Of a DNA stretch of 36,974 nucleotides, positions 27,950 to 36,974 are shown one piece after another (positions within the stretch are counted from its first letter, which is position 1; each line of letters begins with the position of its first letter). The notes beneath the pieces were generated by a model. That model worked only from the letters and a program-made list of their open reading frames with translations. It did not search any database and had not been told where the DNA came from. A program made the translations under genes and the position numbers. The stretch comes from Candidatus Bathyarchaeota archaeon. GTDB lineage: Archaea > Thermoproteota > Bathyarchaeia > 40CM-2-53-6. The DNA is taken from assembly GCA_963706285.1 (NCBI GenBank), contig CAVPLU010000019.1:1-36974 (forward strand), read 5' to 3'.

Positions 27950-29941
27950 GTGTTCCACTCAGTAACAGTGACATGCGTTCTGGCTGCTTTCTTGCTGATA
28001 GTGATACTTCAGTCAAGTACCATCTTGTGGGCCCAAGACTCTGGTTCCACGCCGCCCCGAACCTTGGGTACTCCTACAGGAGGATACTGGACTGAGGAGG
28101 CTGGTGGTCTGCCGAGCGAGGTTCCGGAAGCAGACCCTAGCGAAAGCAGAGTATGTTGGGAAGCTCGCCCACCAGTTTCTCATGGAGCGGTTGGACTGGT
28201 TTGAGCACGACAGGGACCAATTACATGACTCCTGTCAGGGATCAGGATGGGTGTGGAAGTTGTTGGGCGTTTGCCTCTGTTGGTGCCGTGGAAGGTCAGT
28301 ACCAAATCAAGAAGGCCAACCCCTCAACGGGAATCGACCTCTCCGAGCAGAACATTCTCCAGTGTTCTACGGGAACTTGTTCGGGTAGCTCCCTGAGTGT
28401 TCCCTTGAACTACCTAAGAGACCATGGAACACCTGACGAGGCATGCAACCCCTACAACGGCGTTAGGTACTCTTGCGGAACCGGCCGCTGCTCAAACTAT
28501 CTTGCACGAACATACACGATCACCGGATGGACTTGGATCTCAACAACCACAACGAACATCAAGAATTACCTATACACTCACGGCCCCGTGATCGTCTGGA
28601 TGCCCGTATTCGATGATTTCCCATGGTATGATGCTGCATTCTGGCAGTCGTACTACTATGGCCATAGCCCCTCAGGCTCATATGGTGGACACTTTGTTGT
28701 TATTGTGGGTTGGTATGGCGATGAATTATCCGGTGGCTGGTGGATTGTGCGGAACAGTTGGGGAACCAGCGGCGGAGACGTGAATGACTATGGTTATGGA
28801 AGCCATGGTGGCTATTTCTACATGACCATGAGCCCGGCAAACGGTTTCTTCGGATTGTACCAAAATGCCGCAATCATCTCAGATGTTGTTGCACCTACAA
28901 TTACGGTTACAGCCCAGCCTGATCTTGCCATATTTCGTCCGAGTACTGGAACGTGGTATGTTCTCATGTCAAGCTATAGCTACACGGGCTACGCTTACGG
29001 TTCTTGGGGGGCGAACTGACGATGTTCCTTTTGTGAGCGACTTCAACAGCGATGGCTGGGGGCTGACTGGATTGTGTGGCGTCCGAGTACTGGTGTGTGG
29101 TATATCAAGACCGGGTCAAGTTGGGTCTCCTATTCTTGGGGCGCGAACTATGACACTCCTCTTGTGGGTGATTTTGATGGTGATGGTAGGCTTGATCTGA
29201 TTGTGTGGCGTCCGAGTACTGGTGTGTGGTATATTCTGAAGTCAAGTTCGGGCTATAGGCAAGCTACGTCTCCATTCTTGGGGCGCGAACTGGTTATGAC
29301 ACTCCTCTTGTGGGTGATTTTGATGGTGATGGTAGGCTTGATCTGATTGTGTGGCGTCCGAGTACTGGTGTGTGGTATATTCTGAAGTCAAGTTCGGGCT
29401 ATACAAGCTACGTCTCCTATTCTCTGGGGCGCGAACTATGACACTCCTCTTGTGGGTGATTTTGATGGTGATGGTAGGCTTGATCTGATTGTGTGGCGTC
29501 CGAGTACTGGTGTGTGGTATATTCTGAAAGTCAAGTTCGGGCTATACAAGCTACGTCTCCTATTCTTCGAGCGTCGGACTATGACACTCCTCTGTGGGTG
29601 ATTTTGATGGTGATGGTAGGCTTGATCTGATTGTGTGGCGTCCGAGTACTGGTGTGTGGTATATTCTGAAGTCAAGTTCGGGCTATACAGAGCTACGTCT
29701 CCTATTCTGGGGCGCGAACTATGACGTTCCAATGCTGGGCCTGCCACCGAAACCGGTCCTCCCGACGGGGGGCTTGACGACAGGGAATCTGACGATGGGG
29801 AACCCGACAACAGGGAACCTGCCAAAAAGTCGACTTGGCACGGACCCTAACGGGGGTAGATCCACCACAACGATAGCGACAACTGAGTGTCACGTGGTCA
29901 AAAAATGGCGGTGGCGCCTCTTGCCTGAGCCTAGGTACTAG
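27950..29941 (+). CDS. secreted C1A (papain-like) cysteine protease with C-terminal FG-GAP/VCBS-like beta-propeller repeats (multiple frameshifts)
   Basis: Signal peptide; [33 protein letters not shown]; repeats of [22 protein letters not shown]. Confidence 0.9.
29143..29725 (+). repeat. 141-bp (47-aa) coding tandem repeat: 4 near-identical copies preceded by about 1.5 divergent copies from 28921
   Basis: TGACACTCCT/TGACGTTCC recurs at 29151, 29297, 29439, 29582 and 29722; unit [47 protein letters not shown]. Confidence 0.95.
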
Positions 29942-30077
29942 AATCACAATACTTCTTTGTCCCGGGAACGAGCTTGCTAGTAGAGCACCTGTGACAATCG
30001 CGGTGTACGGAAGTAGATTGTGTACCTGAAAGCAGAAAAGCTCAACTGGAGCCGGCGGAAGAGGCGGTGGCTTAGAG

Positions 30078-31440
30078 GTGACTAGTGTTGCGAATTACCG
30101 GAACCGGCATATCTTGTATTGGTTACCCTTATTGGCCTTGCCATGAGTCCAGTTGTGCCGTGGTGAAATCTTCATAGCCCTCACGAACCCAAAGTCTGGC
30201 ACAAGCGTCAGGCGAGTGCGCACGAGGAGAACTGATAATAGGTCTGGGCGTGGAATCTGAAGACGCTACGTGGGAGGTCGTGAGAAGCTGGGGTGGCGTT
30301 GTCGTGGACGAGCTGCCCGAGATTCATGCCTTCCTCGTCAGATTCGATGAGTAAGCCATCTCAGCGTCATCGTACGGGCGCGCTGCACTCGCGAGATTCG
30401 AATATGTGGAGCGGAACTATATCTTTTCCACGTTTACTCCAAACGATCCCCTGTGGCCCAGCCAATGGACCCCTCGAAGGATACACGCGGGCCCGGCCTG
30501 GGATATGGAGCTCGGAGAGAACTCTGTGATCGTTGCAGTGATTGACACCGGAATCGGCTACAACACGAGGACTTGGCCGGCAACTATCTTCCTGTGGGCT
30601 ACGACTGGGTCAACAACGATCCTGCCTCTTTCGATGACAGCCTACCGGGCACGGCACACAAGTTGCTGGAATCATCGGCGCCGTCACACACAACAACTTA
30701 GGAATTGCTGGGCTTTCACAGGTCAGCATCATGGCAGAGAAGGTCTTGGACATGGGAGGCATGGGACCGTCTATGATGTTGCCAAGGGTGTGATAGACGC
30801 AACAAACAGAGGCGCGAACGTAACTTACAACAGCTATGGATCCCATATCTTCTCAGCGGCTTCTGAGACACGCCTTCGAGTATTCTTGGCACCGAGGTAT
30901 CTTGAGTTTTTTGCAGCCGCGGGCAACCAGAACACCGGCCAGCCATTACTACCCGGCAGCGTTTGGGGAATTCGTTGTTTCTGTTGCCGGCTCGTACCAA
31001 AGTGATCTGAAATGGGCGTCTTCCAACTATGGTGACTGGATCGAGCTCTCAGCGCCAGTTGTCGCCATTGTCTACTACGCTGCCAGGCAACAGATATGAG
31101 GAGATGATCGGAACATCCCAAGCTTCTGCAATCTCGTCTGGAGCTGCCGCACTGGTTTGGAGTCATTGCTTGGGTGCGTCGGCGGGACAGGTTCGTGAGC
31201 GCCTGCGAGAGTCGGCCGTTGACCTTGGAGCTATCGGACGCGATCCCTACTTCAGATATGGTCGGGTGGACATGTATTCGGCCCTGAGAAGGGCGTGTGT
31301 ATCCTCCGTGACTACCGGTCGGAGAAACAATCATGATGGCAGTGGTGTGCCTCAGTGGCCTTGCCGTCACCCTAAGAGTGCGAGCTCACTATCGCAAGGA
31401 GAAGGGGCACGATCGGGAACCTGCCAATTGGGTCGCGTGA
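30078..31440 (+). CDS. second S8 subtilase paralog with PVGE-TM tail (heavily frameshifted; may be a pseudogene)
   Basis: GELIIGLG..DELPEIHAFLVR, TPNDPLWPSQW, VIDTG, GHGTQVAG, AAAGNQ, IGTSQA, YGRVD; tail LPVGETIMMAVVCLSGLAVTLRVRAHYRK...*. Confidence 0.78.
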
Positions 31441-31604
31441 CAACGAACTCCTGCGTGTATCAACAATTCATGATCCACCAGCCAATTGAAATGCCGCATC
31501 ACCGGTCCATCATAGAGAACCTACGGTGCGATGCGGATTGCCGTTCGGTACACCGCAAGATCAGGACTCATCAGAGAGCTCCTACCGTTGCAGAAGTGAA
31601 GATC

Positions 31605-32332
31605 ATGAAGGCTATCATTCTCGCAGGAGGCTACGCAAAGAGGATGGGGCAGACTGGCGGCCGAACTGCCGAAGAGTCTGCTGCCCATCGCGGGTAGACC
31701 CGCGATCGACTACATCCTAGACAAGCTCACGGAGTAGCCCCAGAGAAGATACTGCTCACGACCAATCTCAGGTTCAAGCCAGCATTCGAGTCGTGGCTAA
31801 CCTCCAAGGATCTGACAAATATCGAGCTCGTCGTTGAACAATCGAGAAACGAAGAGGAGAAGCTCGGAGCCGTCGGAGCTTTGGCTCAACTGGCTCCAAA
31901 GCTCGAGCCTGATGACTACCTAGTCATCTGCGGCGACAACATCTTCACATCGAGCCTCACTGGAATGCTGGAATTCTATCGACAGAGACGGAAGACGGTC
32001 GTGGCGGTCTACAATCAGAAGAGCCTAGAGGAAGTCAAGCTAGGTTCCGCCGTGACGCTCGGAAGCGACAACAGAGATCATCGACTTTGAGGAGAAGCCG
32101 AAGAAACCCACAACAACTCTTCGTTGGAGCTTGCATCTACATTCTACCGTTCGAGTCACTACTGAGAACCGAACAGTACTTGCACATCGGTGGAAAAGGG
32201 ATGAGCCTGGGCAATTTCATAGCCTGGCTTTGCAGGCAAGAAGAAGTCTACGCCTACATGCTCTCCAGCTACGTTTGGGATATTGGAACACCGAAAGGCT
32301 ATGAAGAGCTGCAGAAGCAGTTCACGAGTTGA
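31605..32332 (+). CDS. sugar-1-phosphate nucleotidyltransferase (NDP-sugar synthase; candidate heptose-1-P activating enzyme), frameshifted
   Basis: MKAIILAGGYAKRM..LPKSLLPIAGRP, EEKLGAVGAL, ICGDN, FEEKP, WDIGT. Confidence 0.85.
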
Positions 32333-32350
32333 GTTCGCCGGTTACCAGCG

Positions 32351-33025
32351 TCACTTCTTCTCGGCTTGTTTGAACTCCTGCCACGCGCGGTCGAACTCCG
32401 CTATCGTCTCCTCAGTCTTCTTGTGGTAGGGCATCTGGGTCAGGATCTTGTAAGGGATCGTGATCACATGTGTCCCGGCGACTGCAGCCTGGGTGACATC
32501 CTCAGGCTTCCTGATGCTTCCAACGATGATCTTCGTCGGCGAGTCCATCCTGTCAAGCAGAGCTCGTGATTCCCTGACGACTCGCTCCGCATCTTCGCCC
32601 GCATCCTTCACCCGATTGAAGAAGATGCTTGCATACGTTGCGCCTGCTTTGGCAGCCAACATCACCTGATTTACAGATATGAGTGCGGTCGCATTCGTCT
32701 TGACCCTGCGCTTTCGAAGCTGACTGATGATCTTGAGGCCCCTGCCGTTTCCGAACATAGGAACTTTAATCGCTATGTTCTTCGGGCTCCACCTTGAGTA
32801 CTCCAGAGCCTCCTTGATCAACTCCTCGTCGGTTCCATCGGTCTTCGTCAATTCTACGCTCAGAGGACCGTTCACAAGTGAGAGTATCTCTTGGACTCTA
32901 TCCTTGAAATTGCATCCTTTTTCGGCGAGGAAGATCTTCTGGTTCGTTGTTACCCCGCTGATCAAGCCCCACGGCAATATCTCCTTGATCTCTTTGATGC
33001 TCGCTGTGTCTAGGAAAATCTCCAC
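32351..33025 (-). CDS. tal: transaldolase (TalC/FSA family)
   Basis: FLDTA, GVTTNQ, LSVE, IAIKVP (Schiff-base Lys), AAKAGATYAS, FxRAW C-terminal helix. Confidence 0.88.
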   Translation of the reverse strand: MEIFLDTASIKEIKEILPWGLISGVTTNQKIFLAEKGCNFKDRVQEILSLVNGPLSVELTKTDGTDEELIKEALEYSRWSPKNIAIKVPMFGNGRGLKIISQLRKRRVKTNATALISVNQVMLAAKAGATYASIFFNRVKDAGEDAERVVRESRALLDRMDSPTKIIVGSIRKPEDVTQAAVAGTHVITIPYKILTQMPYHKKTEETIAEFDRAWQEFKQAEKK

Positions 33026-33031
33026 TACGTA

Positions 33032-33621
33032 TCACTTCCTGCGGATCGTCTCAACCGCTTTGATTAAGCTTGCGGCTACGAAATCTGGGTGAGCGTCTTC
33101 CTGATCCATCAGACCGGCATAGGTCGCATTTCATCGATCCGATGAGAATCGTTGTGAACCCCGCAGCTTTTCCAGCCTTGACATCAACTAGGCTATCGCC
33201 CACTGAGAACGATCTTGAAGGATCCAAACCGAGCTCGGACGAGGCTTTCACGAAGGAGTCCGGGCTTGGGTTTCCTGCAGTCACAATTGACCTTGTACTC
33301 TTCTCTTACCGCGTCGGGATGGTGGAAGCAGTAGTATTCGGCATCCAAGTGAGCGCCTTCGCGTTCAAGCTTCTTCTTCATCTTCGATCTGATCTCAGCG
33401 AAGAGTCTCTCGGTCATCTTGCCCTTCGCGATTGCAGGTTGATTGGAGACGACCGCAACTTTGAAGCCAAGTTCGTTCAGGGCTCGTATGGCCTCCGGAA
33501 CGCCAGGAAGGAGCTTAAACTGGTCAGGGTTGAGTGGCGAGTCTATGACGCCGACCTCTGGGAAGTACGCAAGCTCATTGATGACGCCATCACGATCTAG
33601 GAGGACGCCGCGAGCGCTCAA
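33032..33621 (-). CDS. gmhB: D-glycero-D-manno-heptose 1,7-bisphosphate phosphatase (HAD), frameshifted
   Basis: LDRDGVIN, VVSNQ, YYCFHHP...CDCRKPKPG, VGDSLVDVKAGKAAG. Confidence 0.88.
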
Positions 33622-34223
33622 GTATTCTGAATCCTCTCTTTCAGGGAACTGCAGATGAGATGCTCAAGCGTCGCGTGCCAAGACTCAACATAAGGTGTGG
33701 AATTCGCAGGCACCACTATGCATACGTCGGTCATGGTCTTGAAGGCTCCTCCGTCGAAGCCGGCCATTCCAATGGTTCTAGCGTGGTTGTCCTTCGCATA
33801 CTGTATTGCGGCTAGCAGATTCTGCGACCAGAGACCTGCTTTGTCCTGCCCGGATCCACCGTGAACGCTGATAGCTATCAGTACGTCGTCTTTCTCGAGC
33901 AGATTCTTGAGTTGCTCGACAAAGATGCTTGCGAACCCGTCGTCATTTGTCAATGCAGTCAACAACGGAACATTGTCCGTGAGGCTGATGACCTTGAACC
34001 GTTTCTTTCCCTCAACTGCCGTTGTCTTCGCGAGATCGCACGCGAAATGCGTGGCAGTCGATGCTGAGCCTCCGTTGCCTATGATGAAGATCTTGCTTCC
34101 TTGCTTCCAAGCCTCAAACAACAACTCGATAGTCTTGTTAATGTCGTCTTCAGATATGCGTCTAGCAACATCAGCGAACTCCGCTAGAAAGCTGCTCACA
34201 AATCCTCTTTTCAATTCAACCAC
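33618..34223 (-). CDS. gmhA: phosphoheptose (sedoheptulose-7-P) isomerase, SIS domain
   Basis: GNGGSASTATHFACDL, TALTND, FVEQL, GFDGG, VESWH. Confidence 0.88.
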   Translation of the reverse strand: MVELKRGFVSSFLAEFADVARRISEDDINKTIELLFEAWKQGSKIFIIGNGGSASTATHFACDLAKTTAVEGKKRFKVISLTDNVPLLTALTNDDGFASIFVEQLKNLLEKDDVLIAISVHGGSGQDKAGLWSQNLLAAIQYAKDNHARTIGMAGFDGGAFKTMTDVCIVVPANSTPYVESWHATLEHLICSSLKERIQNT

Positions 34224-35208
34224 CTAGATGTTCAGTATTATCTTCGACCCGTCAAGGTCGAATCTGAACCTGACTTCCGTCAGTCCCTCCTTCGACATGG
34301 CGCTCCGCAGTCTTTCCTTGCCATTCTCTGAGTAGAACATGAAAAAGCCCCCGCCTCCTGCGCCCATGATCTTGCCTCCCAAGGCTCCGTTCCGCATCGC
34401 GAGTTCATACAGTTGGTCAATACGGCTGTTGCTGATCTGCTCTGACAAGTTCTTCTTCGTGCGCCAATGGAGGTCGAGCAATTCACCGAAGCTTCGTATG
34501 TCTCCGTTCGCCAAAGAATCTCGGACTTGGTAGCCGATCCTCTTGATCTCATGCATAGTCTCAATGACTCGTTTGTCGCCTTTCTCCTGATCTTGTTTCT
34601 GGCGCCCCAGTACCTGTGAGGCATCTCTCTTGATGCCTGTGTAGAAAAGGAGGAGATTGTTCTCGAGCTCAGCGGTGCTGTGAGGCGAGATGACCAACGG
34701 GCTCACCTTCACCGTGCCGTCTTTTTCAATCTCGTAAGAGTTGATTCCGCCGAAAGAAGCAACATACTGATCCTGCTTCCCAATGGGCTCCTTCAGGACA
34801 TCGATTTCTATGCGGCAAGCCTCCTCAGCCAGAGTTTGGCGAGGAACGTTCTCTCTCTTGAAGAAATGCAGGGCGTTCAGCACGCCCACTGCGTAGCTGC
34901 TTGAGCCACCTAAGCCAGAGCGGCCTGGGATGTCGGCTATGGAGACCATCTCCAAATAGTCTCCTGACGTTGAGGAGCTTCAGTGCTTCTCTGACAATTG
35001 GTTGCTCAATCTTCTCGATGCTGTCCGTAATTTCCGTCTTCGAGTAGCTGATCCTAAAACCGTTCTCGAATCTTCTCTTGACGCTGATGTAGTTGTACTT
35101 GTCTATGGCTGCGCTGACGAAGAAACCCCCGAACTTCGAGTAGTAGGACGCAAGGTCAGTGCCACCGCCTCCGAGCGGAAGTCGCACTGGAGTCCTTGAG
35201 ATTATCAA
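34224..35208 (-). CDS. hddA: D-glycero-alpha-D-manno-heptose-7-phosphate kinase (GHMP), frameshift near 34960
   Basis: RTPVRLPLGGGGTD, ADIPGRSGLGGSSS, IGKQDQY, LFYTG, GGKIMGAGGGGF. Confidence 0.88.
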
Positions 35209-35303
35209 GCAGGATGCCCAGCGCAGTAGCTTATGGTGAACCTATAAAGCACATGGTCAGTAAAATGAGCAACAATTGACCTCAGTCGGAAAAAGCGAGC
35301 GAC

Positions 35304-36309
35304 ATGAAAGTCGGATTGATAGGCGCGGGTCGGCAAGGGTGGCGTCGGGCACGAGCTGTCGTTGACCTTCAAGATACGGAGCTGACTATTGTAGCCGATA
35401 TCGAGTCGAACGCGGCGAGACTCCTTGCGGAAGAGATGGGATGCGAGTCCACCCTCAGGTGGGAAGATTTGGTTGCAAGGGATGATTTGGAAGCTGTGAT
35501 TGTCTGTGTTCCAAACCATCTTCATGCACCGATGAGTATGGCCGCACTCAAGGAGGGAAAACATGTGTTCTGCGAGAAACCTCTGGCCAGAGAACCTGTA
35601 GAGGCGAAGCAGATCGTGGATACGGCAAGAGGGATGGGGGTCAAACTCAAGACTGGTTTTACACTGCGCCACCATCCAGGGCTACGGCAGGCTAGAGAAT
35701 GGTTTGACGGTGGTCTGATCGGGGATCTGATGTTCCTGCGCTGCACATATGGAATGTGTGGGCGGCCTGGTTATGACAGAGAATGGCGAGCAAGAGGAGA
35801 GCTCTCGGGAGGAGGCGAACTCGTAGACCAGGGAGTACATGTGCTTGACCTCTTTCGCTGGTTTGCAGGAGACTTCGCTCAGGTGGCAGGATTCATATCC
35901 GCAGGGTTCTGGAACATAGCTCCATTGGAAGACAATGCTTTCGGCCTCCTACGCACGCCAACTGGCCAGATCGCCTCGATGCATGTTAGCTGGACGCAAT
36001 GGAAGAACCTCTTCTCATTCGAGATCTTTGGAAAGGATGGGTATATCACGGTTGAAGGGCTCGGCGGAAGCTATGGAGTTGAACGAGCCGTAGTTCGGCA
36101 AAAGGTCATTCACAGAACCATTCAAAGAGCAATGCATCGAATTCCGCGGCGAAGACAAATCCTGTCTCGAAGAGTGGAAGGATTTCGTAACAGCGATAAG
36201 AGAGAACCGTGAGCCCTTGGGCAATGGTTCAGATGGCTTGGAGTCCCTCAAGCTCGCATATGCCATCTACGAGTCGGCTAGAGAAAACCGCGTCGTATTT
36301 CTGTCATAG
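35304..36309 (+). CDS. Gfo/Idh/MocA-family oxidoreductase (frameshift near 36100)
   Basis: VGLIGAG, VFCEKPLA, GGGELVDQGVHVLD; the C-terminus ...AYAIYESARENRVVFLS* is in a shifted frame. Confidence 0.9.
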
Positions 36310-36367
36310 TCAAGGAACCGAAAAGATGAAGAACCAAAACTGCAGGAACCAGCAATTTGTGAGATCT

Positions 36368-36974
36368 ATGAAGGCGATTGTAACAGGTGGGGCTGGCTTC
36401 ATCGGAAGCCATTTGGTTGACCAACTTCTCGACAACGGATATTCGGTCACAGTTGTCGACAACATGTCCTGTGGTCATATTGATAATCTCAAGCAGCGTT
36501 TGGAAAATCCTCGTCTAAGCGTTCATACTGTTGACATAAGAGACGAACGGCAACTCGACAAAATCCTCGAAGGCCATGATGTTGTCTTTCACATGGCTGC
36601 TCACGCGAACATCAGAGAAAGCTTAGCTAATCACCGGTCGGACTTGGAGAACAACCTCATTGGAACCATAAACATCTTGGAGTCAATGATCAAGAATGGT
36701 ATCCAAGATTTTGTGTTCGCGTCGACTTCCGCACTATATGGTGAGGCCGCGATCAAGCCGACTCCTGAAGACTTCTTCCCAACGCAGACTTCTCTTTACG
36801 GAGCCTCCAAGCTCGCTTGCGAGGCCTATGCACAAGCATACACAGAGTTCGCGAAGATCAAGGTCTGGTCCTTTAGGTTTGCGAACGTTGTCGGTGAAAG
36901 GTGCAGGAGAGGAGTCGTCTGGGACTTCGTCCACAAACTGGTGAAGAACCATGGTGAGCTTGAGATTCTGGGGG
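36368..36974 (+). CDS. NAD-dependent epimerase/dehydratase (extended SDR, GalE-like), 3' truncated by window edge
   Basis: MKAIVTGGAGFIGSHLVD, FHMAA, FASTSALYG, SLYGASK, FRFANVVG. Confidence 0.92.
   Translation, partial: MKAIVTGGAGFIGSHLVDQLLDNGYSVTVVDNMSCGHIDNLKQRLENPRLSVHTVDIRDERQLDKILEGHDVVFHMAAHANIRESLANHRSDLENNLIGTINILESMIKNGIQDFVFASTSALYGEAAIKPTPEDFFPTQTSLYGASKLACEAYAQAYTEFAKIKVWSFRFANVVGERCRRGVVWDFVHKLVKNHGELEILG

Noticed and set aside
29143-29725. Regular repeats as a possible CRISPR array
   Set aside because: Units are 141 bp, contiguous, have no unique spacers, and encode FG-GAP-like protein repeats; no cas genes are present
29143-29725. Near-identical repeats as a diversity-generating retroelement template/variable pair
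   Set aside because: No adenine-specific mismatches and no reverse transcriptase in the window; differences are mostly indels
557-36309. Programmed ribosomal frameshifting or mass pseudogenisation
   Set aside because: Shifts are scattered, lack consistent slippery sites and occur within identical repeat copies; sequencing error is more parsimonious

Overview
Archaeal genomic window, most likely Bathyarchaeia or another TACK lineage. This is inferred from the archaeal-type HMG-CoA synthase, DUF2116, split MetE, TATA-like boxes and oligo-T terminator. Many genes carry 1-bp indels; comparing repeat copies suggests uncorrected long-read errors rather than true pseudogenes. In order, the window holds: the 3' end of a TorD/DmsD chaperone; a B12-binding radical SAM gene; small Cys/Zn proteins; an uncharacterised cluster of APC permease, two hypotheticals, metallophosphoesterase and Pol-beta-type nucleotidyltransferase; a NitT/TauT ABC pair; a PRC-barrel protein with a duplicated Zn ribbon; a GOLD-like membrane protein; a half-SWIB/Zn-ribbon protein; an HMG-CoA synthase-DUF35 fusion; a BadF-type kinase; a NUDIX hydrolase; dTDP-rhamnose genes (rmlADCB); split metE plus metF; hicBA and an RHH-wHTH module among IS200/IS605-like end relics; a secreted-protease island (two S8 subtilases with PVGG/PVGE-TM tails, a C1 protease with 141-bp FG-GAP repeats, an OB-fold-like protein, an rmlB relic); and an NDP-heptose cluster (hddA-gmhA-gmhB-transaldolase, nucleotidyltransferase, Gfo/Idh/MocA, epimerase). 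No rRNA, tRNA or CRISPR array was recognised.
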